Assembly: GCA_951406725.2 (NCBI GenBank)
Contig: OX597826.1
Location: forward strand, 42,222,001 to 42,286,000
Reading direction: 5' to 3'
DNA: 64,000 nucleotides
Source of the DNA: Octopus vulgaris
Taxonomy: Eukaryota
The notes beneath the pieces were generated by a model, which ran no database searches, was not told the origin of the DNA, and saw nothing but the letters and a program-made list of their open reading frames with translations. Position numbers and translations under genes: made by a program. This document shows, piece by piece, positions 40,871 through 54,102 of this stretch (positions are counted from its first letter, which is position 1; the number at the start of each line of letters is the position of its first letter).

Positions 40871-42158
40871 GTAATAATAGTTATGTTGTTGTTGTTACGA
40901 TTTTTTGGCCTCCAATTTTTTAAAACGAGTCAAGGTACATAATTAAAGTACTACCAATAGACCTTCAACCTGGAGTTGTGCTGTGTGAACACAATATACT
41001 AAACACGATATATTACAACAGAAAATAAATAAAAATAATCCGCCTTTTCGAAAACATTCTATACTCCTGAGCTGTTTTCAGCCATTTTTACTCAGTAGGC
41101 ATCTCAAACCAGTTATTTTCTGTTGTAAATAATCTCATCTTCATTTATCACTTTCTCTTGAACTGTTTCTGTAAAAGAATTGTTACAGACGACATTGCCA
41201 CCTGTTGAAATTTACGAAGAAACCATTGACACATTTCTCTTAAAAGATTTAATTTTGTCGTCTTCTGTATGCTGCGATCAAATTAAGCGACGCCACGAGC
41301 ATTTTAAAGATATATGAATCAAATTGTAAATGGAACAATAATTGAAGAACAAAAACTACTACAAGATAAAACAAACTACCGCCTACAGTGCAATATGAGA
41401 CAAATAATGCAAGTCAGTGAGGGTGCTTCTAAGTTATCATTCACTCTATTAAGAATCTTTTATCATTTAATTTGCATTAGTTTTTGGACTGCGGTCATGC
41501 GGGAGCACCACCTTCAGAGGTTTAGTCGAACAAATCAACAATAGTACTTATTTTTAGGTCTGTTACCTTATGCCATTGGTCTCTTATGGCGAACAGCTAA
41601 ATTGCGTAGACGTATACAAACCAACACCGGTTATCAAGCGGTGTGCGGTAGACAAACACAAATACAAAAACACAGGTACATGCATACAAACACAAACATG
41701 CATACACACACACACACATGCGCGCGCGCGCACGCTCGCACACAGAGTTTCTGTCTATCAAATGCACTAACAACGCAGTGGTCGGCACGAATACTATTGT
41801 AGAAAGCACTTGGCTAAGGTGTAGATCAATGGGACTTCACCCGAAACCACTCTATTGCAAAATAAGCTTCTTAACTACACAGCTGTAACTTAGCGGTTCG
41901 GCATAAGAGACCGATAGAATAAGTACTAGGCTTACAAAGAATAAGTCCTGGGATCGAAATGCTCGACTAAAGGCGGTGCTCCAGCATGGCAACAGTCAAA
42001 TGACTGAAAAAAATACAAAAGTAAAGAGAGAGCCAAGTTGAGCGTATGTTAGCAAAACCTTTAGCAAATCTCACCCTGTCGTCTTGCGAAAGAGCAGAGA
42101 CGTTGTGGGCCCTTTATACTTTGTCGTAGATTTTTCAATCAGGGTTAAACTACTACTA

Positions 42159-42205
<47 letters not shown>

Positions 42206-42329
42206 ACCACTACTACTACAACCACTGCTACGTAGGTAAGCTGTGGGGAGGGAAGATGTACTATTTATGGACAAATAAAAGTTAAAGGTGGTATTAGGAG
42301 ATTGCGTTTTATCATTATTAGTAGTAGTT

Positions 42330-42373
<44 letters not shown>

Positions 42374-42374
42374 G

Positions 42375-42406
<32 letters not shown>

Positions 42407-42435
42407 GTTATTATTGTTAGTAGTAGTGCTATTAG

Positions 42436-43309
42436 TAGGGTTGCCAGATAAGAAAATTAGATATACGGGACACTCTTACAATCTCTCTAAATGAATTTAT
42501 ACATGCCTAGACACCCAGAAAATATATTAAATAAAAATAGAGACATAAGTTAAAAACATAAAGCAATTATTTTAATGGGTTATGAGGAAAACAAAAGTAA
42601 AATCATCTCAAAATTATCTAATACAAGCTTTAAAAAAATGAATTCTGTTAAAGTGAAATAATTTGAAAATATTTCTTTAATACAGACAACAGAGAAATAA
42701 GCAAAAAAATGTGTTAAATCGAAATCATTGTATTTTTTTTTATTTAATGACAAATAGAGACAATATAGAAAAAAAAAACATTTTAGTGTGAAAGCATTTG
42801 GATAGTGTAATTTAATATAGGTAATATAGATAGCTAAAAGAAATACTGAGAAAGTGAAATCGTTGCAAAACTCTTAGAGACAATAGAAAAATGCAAAGGA
42901 AATAATTAAGAAGATTATTTTTTAAAGCAAACAAGACAGAAAATAGACTAAAAAGTTGTTTCATATGGAGAACATGAAAAGAAACTGATAAACTTATTAA
43001 CAAAATTTTCTTAACATACCGCACGAGAATTAAACTTGAAACTTTACTTTTAGTTATATTTCACTGATGATTTGGCTTTTGTTAACAGGTCCTTCTTTTC
43101 TAACACATGCCTATAAAATTCTTTACATTAACAGCTAGGGTTCCGTGTGCGTTGTAGCCACATCCAAGTTATTTCATTATTTAGTCCACTGAGATTTTTA
43201 AGAGTGCCCCGTATATCTAATTTTCTAATCTGGCAACCATAACAGCACTACCACTACTAACACTAATAACTCTAATACGATCAGTACTACTACTACTACT
43301 ATTACTAAA

Positions 43310-43365
<56 letters not shown>

Positions 43366-44670
43366 GACTACTACTACTACTACTACAACTTCTACTACTA
43401 CATCATCATCGAGAAGACACGTCCAACATTAGCATTATGCGTTGGCATGCTAAATAATTGCTGGCTCAAAATTAACAACTCGGAGTATTGTTCTTCAAAT
43501 TCAATCTGCTGAAGGATAGAAAACCTTTCATGGGACAGTTTGGCCTTCCATTCATCAGGTTTTAGCTGAATCTCTTTAGCAAGGGTTTTTTTAAATGTTA
43601 CCATTGACAGGAAAGAATGTTGTCGTCAATTGTTATACCTCTGATTTTTTTAACACTAGACAAGACGATTCTACAAGTTCTTATGCTAGAACTGTATCTA
43701 ATAACATCCATGTTGTTTGTTTGTTCCTTCTCGAGCCACGCCTGGCTCATAGGGCCGGTTTCCCGGTTTCCTTGGCGTATAGGTTCCCCACCTAGACGGG
43801 ACGCCGGTCCGTCGCAGGTGAGCTGCAAGATGCAGAAGGAAAGAGTGAGAGAAAGTTGTGGCGAAAGAGTCAGCAGAAGTTCGCCATAACCTTCTGCCGG
43901 AGCTGCATGGAGCTTTGGTATTTCGCTCATAAACACACACATCGCCCGGTTTGAGATTCGAACCCGCGATATCTCGACCGCGAGTCCGCTGCTATAGCCT
44001 CCACAACATCCACACCATCCATGTAAAGTTATCAAAATTTTTAAAACATGAAACCCATTTCTCAAAATAGCTAATGGCAAGTACCGTAGTAGTTAGCCAC
44101 TTCAAATAGAAATTTCTCTTTCTGTTCAAATTTGACATCATCTTTATTTAGGCAATCCTTTACACTTTTATTTAATTCTGCAACGAGTTCTTTTAAACTG
44201 CCAAACACTTCAATAATGCCGTTTTCTCTCTTTTCTATCTTCATAATCCTGTTGCTAAAAACATTCAAAACTGTGAACAAGATATAAGTAGGCTTCGCTC
44301 AGCGGATTATTGAAGAATTCTACAAGAATTTGAGGGACCTTTTCTACAGAATCAAAAACAGATTTCAGTGCTTTAGATAACCTTAGAATTCTTTCAATTA
44401 CTCTCATCAAAGAAAGCCAACTAGTTTTAGGACGTGAGAGAATTGAAGCATACTTCACACCAACAAACTCGCAAAAATCTTTCAACTTCTCAGATCGAAC
44501 AGTATAACTACTAAAGTATGAAACCAATTTAACAACTGCTTCAATATCAACAGAAAGAACATTGGCTGCGGTATGAGCAGCAATGTGCAGAATATGGGCT
44601 GGACATCCAGCACCTTCCATCGATTCATTCATGCTTTCCTTGAGTTTTGAATAGAAACAGTTATCCTTCG
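42436..44670 (-). mobile_element. Degenerate hAT transposon (Blackjack-like TIR), 3' two-thirds
   Basis: Peptides GCPAHILH, KTSWLSL..IERIL, FSMPTHNANVGRVFS and QWT...EFY..LL.KAKSSVKY*. TIR TAGGGTTGCCAGAT at 42436. Interrupted by a SINE C2 and by an inverted self-copy. Confidence 0.85.
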
Positions 44671-44881
44671 CCATATCGCGGTTCACCTATCGCGCTTTAT
44701 TATTTAAGCTTACGTCGCTTTCTCCGTGGTGTTGTTTTGCATTTATAATAAAATAAATATATAGAAATTATAAAAAGAATTTTAAAAAATATACAGTATA
44801 GTACTGTTTCTACTTCGCGGATTTTCACCTATCGTAGGGGTTTTAGAATGTAACACCCGCGATAGTTGAGGAATTACTGTA
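44670..44881. mobile_element. Tigger-type MITE remnant
   Basis: End CCCGCGATAGTTGAGGAATTACTG-TA and internal ATCGCGGTTCACCTATCGCG repeats, typical of Tigger/pogo MITEs. Confidence 0.55.
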
Positions 44882-44977
44882 TTTGTGCCTATGCGCAAAC
44901 GTCCACCAAAAATTAGTATTTTGTTTTATCTCCACCAAAAAACTATACATTTCTTCACGTCCAGTCCTAACTAGACG

Positions 44978-45045
<68 letters not shown>

Positions 45046-46811
45046 GAAGCTTGCTATTGTTTCCGAGGTCTCATTTCGGAGGGATCTTGTAATAATTTTA
45101 TCAGCAAAATTTTCACGTGAAAAACATTGCACAATCAAATTTTCTCAGCATTGTGATTACTTGAATCTGTAGATATGCCATAAAAAGAAGATTTATTCAT
45201 ATCTTTAACAATCTCTGCAGTAACATATGGAACCACAACATTTTTATTATTACAGCAAATTCCACACTCGTTACAATATACGTACGTTTTTCCTTTCCTT
45301 TCCTTTTCACACTTTTCTTGAAGGTATCCTCCTCTGTTTTCAATTTTTCCATCATAGAAGCGAGGTTACTGGGGCTTGCTGCCATAATCACACAAATAAT
45401 CACAAATAATCAACACGTGCTTCTTCGCAGATAAATTACTTTTCAAAGACTGCTGTCAGCACGTGCTTCCTCAAAGACTTTTCAAAGACTGTTACTATGG
45501 CAACAAGCAAAAGAGTTTTCATGCTCCGCTTATTACTATCGAAACAGACATGAATATGTCTGTGGCTTACGATTGGCTACAATTACCAAAATTTTCAAAC
45601 TTTAGTTACTAATAACTCTTTATTCATTGATTTATAACGAAATTACTTTCACGTCATTAATTAGCCTATAAAAGTGTATCATTACACTGAATATGAAATC
45701 CAATCAAACAGAATTGATGCTGGCAGCCAAACGGAAGATATATGCTAGCTTACTTTTTTCCTTAAATTATTAACTTTTGAATTCTAAATGTTTAATTTAC
45801 CTTTTATCTTTTAAATTTTAATTCTTCAATTTGCATCCTTTAGCCAATTAATTGCAGTTTTATCCTACATATACCTCCTTAAGCTAGGCATTTATTTTTA
45901 GCTATCTATTTTTAGCTATCACTGATCAGTGATCACAACCGATTTAATCAATAAACATAAATACCTTCCTCCTCCAGCAAGGGGAAGCGGCTGACCTCCC
46001 CTGTTCGAAGGTTATAATGGACACAGGTTTGTGTGTCATATAGCTAGCTAGAGCCGATGGCCTCTTGGAGCTAATCAACGGCAGATTTCGTCCTATATTT
46101 ATGGACTGCCATATTAGCTTGGCGATAACTATTAATACCTTCTTCCTCCACTTTACCAAAACCCTTAAAGCCTGTCCTCTCACTCCGAACCGACACTTAC
46201 GAAAAATGATACTGGCACCTTATCTATTCTTTTTATTCTATTTTTTATTTTTATTTTGATTTTGATTTTACTTTCGATCTCATTCATTCTTTCCCGCACC
46301 TATCCCATTCCTGTCTTCTCTCGTTCTTCATCTTGGTTCCTGTCTTTCTCACTCTATATACCCACGCGGCCCATTTGCACACTAGCTAACCACTTCATGA
46401 ATGCATCATTCAAAATACTGCCAAAATTCTGCCTGGATTTATCTGGGATTTCGCATAAGGATCTATACCTTCACGGAAGTACGGACCAACATCTATAATC
46501 TCTGGGAAAAGATGAATTATACTAATTATAATAAAAGATGGACCTTTATTATCCTGACTGTTTTCTTATTTCTACTTTTACTCCTTATTCTTCTATTTTA
46601 TTCCTTATAAACAGTGAATTTCCATGTCTAGAACTTTCATATATACTCACTTTGTCTCTAGTGACGGAATACCCAGTGTACAGACATGCTAACCTATCAC
46701 TTGGGATATCTCAGTAACAGCTGTAAAAATTTCAAATTAACCTTACTCTAAATTATTATAAATGATTTGAGATACTCGTCGTACTTTGGTTTTTGATGTT
46801 CTTTCCCTTTA

Positions 46812-46857
<46 letters not shown>

Positions 46858-46982
46858 CGGAGATGTACTCGCATAGCAAGTGATTTGATCTGAGATCGTG
46901 TACTGAAACGAAAACAATTGCAGCGTGGAGGCTTTTGTGTGTTTCTTAAATGGCTTACAAACACCTTCCACGCTGCAATTAT

Positions 46983-47047
<65 letters not shown>

Positions 47048-47607
47048 GTATGTATGTATGTATGTATATACCAAATTCACTCACAAGGCTAAATCGGCTC
47101 GAGGCTTTGATAGAAGACACTTGCCCAAAGCCAGCAGCGGAATTGAACCTGGAACTGTGTGACTGAGATGCAAGCTTCCTACCACACAACCACGCCTGTG
47201 TATATATGTATGTATATGTTTATTTATCTATCTGTCTATCTCTCTATATATATATACAGATAAAGGGTGAAATATAATTAATTTAATAAAATCAATAAAT
47301 TTCACCTAGTAGTATTTCGGTATGGAAAGGACCATATTCGGTAAAAATTTATATAATTATAATAAAGGGTTTTTTGCAACAAGTTGCTTAAACCACATAC
47401 CGAAAATATTAGAAATAGCAGTCAAAAGGCTACTATTACTATTACTACAAAAATAAGTGTCCACAAACAACAGTATTTGTAACTCGTATATGGTAAAAAG
47501 AAGGAAGACAATGAAATCACACATGTATGTATATATGTATGTATAAGACACTGTGTATTTGTATGTATGCATATACATATGTATGCATATATATATATAT
47601 ATATATA

Positions 47608-48002
47608 CTAGCAGTATCGCCCGGCGTTGCTCGGGTTTGTAAGGGAAATAATTATATAAGCATTTTTAGAGATGTAAAGTATAATAGCCATCTCAATATG
47701 GCTAAACACAAAGGGGGAGGGGTGTTACTGTAGCTTTTTACGTTCTGAGATTTAATAATAAATTTTAGAGAGTTACTTCCCTTATATATGTCAAAAATGG
47801 ATTAAAAATGGGAAAAATTGATGGTAAATTTTTTTTTAAATCGTAGACTCATCGTAGACGCGCGCTAATACCCAGACGGTCTCGATATGAATCACGACTA
47901 TAAGATACCCGGTTTTGGTTAAACTGCACCGCAAAATGTGGGAGTAGTTAGGAATCTAAATCGTAGGAGACAGACACACAACCTCACTTTTATATATAAA
48001 GA
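47608..48002 (-). mobile_element. Non-autonomous Helitron
   Basis: On the minus strand: 5'-TC(TTTATATATAAA), subterminal hairpin CCCGAGCAACGCCGGG, 3'-CTAG. Inserted between A and T with no TSD. Confidence 0.85.
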
Positions 48003-48102
48003 TTTCCTCTATTTACATAATATTGAGGTCTCTTTCTTTCTTTTGTTATCTTACTGTTTTTACCAATATACATATATATATATATATATAAATATATATA
48101 TA

Positions 48103-48423
48103 GTTACAGAGATGTACTTGCATAGCAAGTGACTTGATCTGAGATCGTGTGCTGGAACAAAAACAGTTGCAGCGTTGAAGGTGTTTATAAGCCATTTAAG
48201 AAACACACAAAAACCGTTAGATTCACTTCAACATTTAAATTTAATTTGTCAAAATATTTTCGTCGCTTTGAGACCGCGACCTGTTAGCACGATATTTTTG
48301 TCAGTGAACAGGTCGCGGTCTCAAAGCGACGAAAATATTTTGGCAAATTAAATTTAAATGTTGAAGTGAATGTAACGGTTTTTGTGTTTCTTAAATGGCT
48401 TACAAACACCTTCCACGCTGCAA
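48103..48423. repeat. Fold-back element with ~118-bp inverted arms (48167-48285 / 48307-48423); deleted relative at 46855-46980
   Basis: Near-perfect reverse complementarity around a 21-nt spacer. Flanked by (TA)n. Confidence 0.88.
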
Positions 48424-48794
48424 TATATATATTCACACATATATATATATATATGTATGTATGTATGTATGTGTGTATATGTGTATGCGTGTATGTGTGT
48501 GTGTGTGTGCGTGTCTGTGCTTGTGATTGTCCTCCACCACTGCTTGACAACGAATGTTGGTTTGTTTACATCCCTGTCACCTAGTGGTTTGACAAAGGAA
48601 ACAGATAGAATAAGTACAATGCTTACAAAAATAAAACTGGAGTTGATTCATTAAACTACAATTCTTCAAGGCATTGCCCCAGCATGGCCACTGACCAATG
48701 GCTGGAAAAAGCAGAAGAATAAAAGAATACATTCTCTGCTTTGGTCTTATGTTCAAGGCATGAGAAAGCTTGAGTTTACATGAGAAGGCCTAAC

Positions 48795-49060
48795 AGACCT
48801 GGTAGAAACAGCAGCCAAATCTCCCTCAAATCACACCTTACTGTCTTATGTATGTATATATATATGAGCCAATGAGGGGGACCTCTACATGATAGCTAGA
48901 CCTGGTAGAAATAGCAGCCAAATTTCCCCCAAATCACACCTTACTATCTTATCTATGTATATATGTATGTATGAGCCTATGAGGGAGACCCCTACATGGC
49001 AGGTAGACATGGTAGAAATAGCAGCCAAATCTCCCTCAAATCACACCTTACTGTCTTATC
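48795..49060 (+). repeat. Three tandem copies of a ~100-bp unit
   Basis: GACCTGGTAGAAATAGCAGCCAAATCTCCCTCAAATCACACCTTACTGTCTTAT at ~48797, 48899 and 49007. Confidence 0.85.
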
Positions 49061-50000
49061 TTTCTGCTACTTGGATATAGGTCTTATATTCGTCGTAAAA
49101 AACTTTCCTGTCACACACTCACGCACACACACACACACACACGCACCCTCACACACACACACACGCGCACACCCACACACACACACACTCACACACACGC
49201 ACGTTAGCTTACAATTTTATTTATATATTTGCGTGTCTATGTGTGGAAAGAGGAAGTGGGAGGCAGAGTGAAAGAATCACTCACTACAGTAAGTGAATTA
49301 CTTTCATTTTATTCGTTGCCCACTGTGTGTGTGCGTTTGCGTGTGGTGTAAACCAGACTAAGAAAAGCATTTGACACACACACCAGAATGTGAGTTTTCT
49401 GTAAATTTTGCTTAATTGGAGTTTAAATTTTAAAAACCGGACCTGGCATGACGCGATGCATTGTACTCTTAAAAATGTTAGGTAAATTGTAATTGAAGAA
49501 ATCCTATATTGTAGATTTGTATAACTCCCAAAGGGAGGCAGATAAAATCTGCCTTTTATAATAAGATATATATATATATATATATATATATACTCTTTTC
49601 TCTCTCTTTTACTTGTTTCAGTCATTTGACTGCGGCCATGCTGGAGTACCGCCTTTAGTCGAGCAAGTCGATCCCGGGACTTATTCTTTGTAAGCCCAGT
49701 ACTTATTCTATCGGTCTCTTTTTGCCGAACCGCTAAGTGATGGGGACGTAAACATACCAGCATCGGTTGTCAAGCAATGCTAGGGGGACAAACACAGACA
49801 CACAAACACACACATACATATATATTTATACATATATACGTCAGGCTTCTTTCAGTTTCCGTCTACCAAATCCACTCACAAGGCATTGGTCGGCCCGGAG
49901 CTATAGTAGAAGACACTTGCCCAAGATGCCACGCAGTGGGATTGAACCCGGAACCATGTGGATGGTTAGCAAGCTACTTACCACACAGCCACTCCTGCGC

Positions 50001-50068
<68 letters not shown>

Positions 50069-50601
50069 GTATGTGAATGTGTGCGTGTGTGAATATGTGT
50101 TACGCACAAACACAGCCACGCGTACAAAATGTACTTACTGTATATGTATGAGTTTTTGTATGTAAATAAAAAAATATACTCTGCCCTATTACCTATAAGA
50201 AAAAGAAAACTCAGTACATTTCGTACCATAAACTTTATTGTATAAGAAAGTTCAAAGCCATACAGTGATTTTGTAGTTTCACCAGCGGACAGAAATAAAG
50301 TCATAGAAAGTCACAGGAAAAAAATGTTCGTTTCATTTAATTACCATCAGTCATATTTAAAGTGCTTAGGCAAAGAATATTTTAAGTTGCTTATGGCCAG
50401 AGTTAGGATAAAAATAATTTTCCTGAAATTGTGAGTGATCCCTTGTGTGCGCGTGCGCGCGCATGTATTGTAACTCTTTCTCTGTGACTTTTATTCTGAA
50501 TCCGTTTCATCTACGGAATGTTGAAATAGTGAAATTATAAAAAAAGGGAGGAGATACTTATACGGGGACAAGGTATGTGTGCGTTATATGAGTAGATTTT
50601 C

Positions 50602-50947
50602 GGTAGTAGTTAAGAAGAGTGGTCCCGGTGCGCGCACTCACGTACTCGCGCATCCGCGCTAGCTAGTCGTGACTGGTCGATCCTACAACGACTACTTGGC
50701 AAAGTAAATATAACACAAAAACAATTTTTTTACACAAAGTAAATCATTTTTTTTAAACAAAGTAAATAAAACATTTTTGTGTTTTATTTACTTTGTTTTA
50801 AAAAAATAAATAAAAAGTAAATCATTTTCTAAACAAAGTAAATAAAACAAAAAAACACAAAGTAAGGATCGACTAGTCACGACTAGCAAGCGCGGATGCG
50901 CGAGTACGCGAGTGCGCGCACCGGGACCACTCTTCTTAAATAGTACC
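50602..50947. mobile_element. Mutator (MULE)-like MITE
   Basis: About 80-bp CpG-rich TIRs starting GG. 9-bp TSD TAGATTTTC / TAAATTTTC at 50593-50601 and 50948-50956. AT-rich interior built of ACAAAGTAAAT repeats. Confidence 0.8.
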
Positions 50948-51271
50948 TAAATTTTCTGGGACAGTTCACTTGTAAGTAATATTTATGTATATTTTGGTTT
51001 TGGTGTATGTAGATGTGTGTTTATAAATGATACATGAATTTGTTTGGATATAGAATATGGCACAGTAAAACAAAACAAATTAGATTGTCTGTGACAAAAT
51101 AAAACAAATTAAATTATTAACCATTAAGTGCGTCAAGTTGGATAATATTATGCGATAAATTGAAGCAAGATACTTGCTTGTGAGTTTAGATCTGTTAATA
51201 AAAAGAGAAAAGTTTATTTGTAAAGGTTTGCTTTAAGCTCATTTAGGTGCTTGCTTAGGATTAACCGGTAT

Positions 51272-51655
51272 GGATGGAAGCACTCCGTCGGTTACGACGA
51301 CGAGGGTTCCGGTTGATCCGATCAACGGAACAGCCTGCTCGTGAAATTAACGTGTAAGTGGCTGAGCACTCCACGGACACGTGTACCCTTAACATAGTTC
51401 TCGGGGATATTCAGCGTGACACAGAGTGTGACAAGGTCGGCCCTTTGAAATACAGGTACAACAGAAACAGGAAGTAAGAGTGAGAGAAAGTTGTAGTGAA
51501 AGAGTACAGCAGGGATCACCACCATCCCTGCCGGAGCCTCGTGGAGCTTTAGGTGTTTTCGCTCAATAAACACTCACAACGCCCGGTCTGGGAATCGAAA
51601 CCGCGATCCTACGACCGCGAGTCCGCTGCCCTAACCACTGGGCCATTGCGCCTCC
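51272..51655 (-). mobile_element. SINE family C1, full length
   Basis: TSD ATTAACCGGTAT at 51260-51271 and 51656-51667. Confidence 0.9.
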
Positions 51656-52919
51656 ATTAACCGGTATAAAAACGGCATGGACGAAAACAACGTAGATTTG
51701 AAGCAGAAAAATTATCTGCATGATGAAACACCGTGTGATGGAGTGTTGATTGGAAAAACACATATTTTTGAGTTTGTTGAATCGATAGTTGATTTACGGG
51801 CAAGAATTGAATGTGTTGAGGGAAACGGAGTGGTGTGAAGTACGCAGTTAATGTGCCAAACAAGATGAAGGGTTAATGGTTCTGATACAAAAAGCTGGTG
51901 TGTGTAGGAAGGTGTTGTCAATTTAGAAAACATGTTAGTTGGTATGTTGGTTGTGGAACAACTATAGTCACGGGGCTATACGTATAGACATAATTGTACA
52001 AATATATCCAAACATAGCAAGGCAGACATACATACAAATATATATATATATATATATACACTCCGACATATACATCTTCATATAGGCACGTACAAGCACA
52101 TGAGCACGCACACGCACATGTTTCGCTCATGCAGTCTATCTCTTTCTCCCTCTTTCTCTCTCTTTCCTTCTTTCTCTCCCCTTCTCTGTCTATTTATATA
52201 TATATACACACATACATATACATACACATGCACACATATCTCTCTCTCTCTCTCTCCCTCTCTCTCTTAATATATATATTAGCACGCCGGGCGAAATGCG
52301 TTGCCGTATTTCGTCTGCCGTTACGTTCCGAGTTCAAATTCCGCCGAGGTCGACTTTGCCTTTCATCCTTCCGGGGTCGATAAATTAAGTACCAGTTACG
52401 TACTGGGGTCAATGTAATCGACTTAATCCGTTTGTCTGTCCTTGTTTGTCTCCTCTGTGTTTAGCCCCTTGTGGGTAGTAAAGAAATATATATATACTTA
52501 TATTAAGGGCATTACTATACATAAAAGCCTCACGCTAGGAGGGACTAATAAAGTCAAAACTACTATAATAAATAAACACATTGTACTGAATTCGAGGGAA
52601 TGTAACTCTCGAAGCGACAATTTTAAAAACAGAATTCAGCTGCATATCATGTGATTTCATAATTAGTGAATAAAATGCACTTTTTGATCTTTAGTGCAAA
52701 CATAATTCAAGATACATAAAAATGAACAAAAAATCAACATATCAGACGAACACCAAATGTATCCAAATGTCTTTAATATAAGTAAATATATGTAAGAGGA
52801 ATAAATTGATGTATTTTTCCCTTATGAGGTTTTTCACGCTAACTACTTGATAAATTCTTATAAAGATTTTATCCTATTTTTCAATTGTATGTATGTATGT
52901 ATGTATGTATGTATGTATG

Positions 52920-52967
<48 letters not shown>

Positions 52968-52970
<3 letters not shown>

Positions 52971-53026
52971 TGAAAATCGTTTCCGTAAGCGAACTTAAGG
53001 GATAAATCGTTTCCGTAAGCGAACTT

Positions 53027-53091
<65 letters not shown>

Positions 53092-53124
53092 CTTAAGTTC
53101 GCTTACGGGAAACGATTTTCAGTA
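52968..53124. repeat. Small inverted-repeat element enclosing (TA)n
   Basis: TACTGAAAATCGTTTCCGTAAGCGAACTTAAG (inner part duplicated) ... CTTAAGTTCGCTTACGGGAAACGATTTTCAGTA. Confidence 0.8.
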
Positions 53125-53232
53125 CGCATATAAAAGCTTTATTATGTCAGTTACTGCCTAATGATACCAACTTGCAACAGCAATTTTATAGGGTTGTACC
53201 GAACTGTGCGGATATAACATAGGATAACTACA

Positions 53233-53265
<33 letters not shown>

Positions 53266-53496
53266 GTCCATGGATGTAATTTGTAAATACTTTAATTCAT
53301 CGCTACGCGCGTTTCCACAAATCACATGCTTCCTACGACCATAGTCCGTATTCCTGGGATCATTACAGTATAATCCGTAATATTCATGGACATCAGGTGT
53401 ATCTTAATTCATGCGTTCATTTCTTCAGGTGATATGGCACTTAAGTTGAGAGTAACGAATGTATAACTGAACGACGTTTATCAATTTTCACCAATC

Positions 53497-54102
53497 TGTT
53501 GCAGGGAGTTAGTAATAATGGTACACCTCTCCCACGTGACGAATGGAATAACTTAGTCACTATAAGTAAAGAGAAGTACATGAAGTACCAGAGTACGTGG
53601 TAGGTTGTCAGAGATAGTTGTGTCTTCACTGGTTTTATTAAGTATACTGTATACCGAAATGGGTGTTATAGCAATCCAATATTAAAAGGATTATAAAAGT
53701 GGTGACGAGGATTTAAAGAATCCACGATGAATTAATAAGGTCGACAATATCGCGAACTCCATAACAAAATTCAAATATGAACTCTTGAAGAAGGAGTTAC
53801 CGTCGAAACATGCTACAGAAGATATGAAGAAATCTTCGAGAAGGAATGTAAAGATTAGAACGACAAGATGAAAACCTGCTTAATCTTGAGAAAACTTGCG
53901 GCAACAGAACATAAACGATACAGTAATTATGTACTTCCAAGAAAACCTTCGGACATAAACTTTAATGACACAATAGATATATTGTGTAAAATTTTCAGTG
54001 AAAAAAGTTCATTGTACAACATTTTTTTTTTACTGATTTTACTAAATATACTGTATACTGAAATGGGTGTTATAACAATCCAATATTTTAAGGATTATAA
54101 CA
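53497..54102 (+). mobile_element. Internally deleted Gypsy LTR retrotransposon (LTR, PBS, gag fragment, partial 3' LTR)
   Basis: TGTTG start. PBS-like TGGTGACGAGG at 53700. Gag-like YRRYEEIF...LILRKL...H.RY.NYVLPRKP.DINF.DTI.IL.KIF. The segment 53628-53698 is repeated at 54031-54102 and ends in ACA. TSD-like CAATC / AAATC. Confidence 0.75.

Noticed and set aside
43021-43110. Exon-like segment on the minus strand (tttatAG ... GTATGT) as an upstream DHDH exon
   Set aside because: It is the C-terminus and stop codon of the hAT transposase remnant; nothing links it to DHDH.
45100-46810. Possible Kolobok-type end (TTAA) and Penelope-like remnant
   Set aside because: Too degenerate: no paired TIR or diagnostic protein motif could be confirmed by eye.
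51580-51655. tRNA genes at SINE heads (also 23060-23133, 19205-19282, 59533-59600)
   Set aside because: They are continuous with SINE bodies and TSDs and have imperfect cloverleaves; SINE heads rather than tRNA genes.
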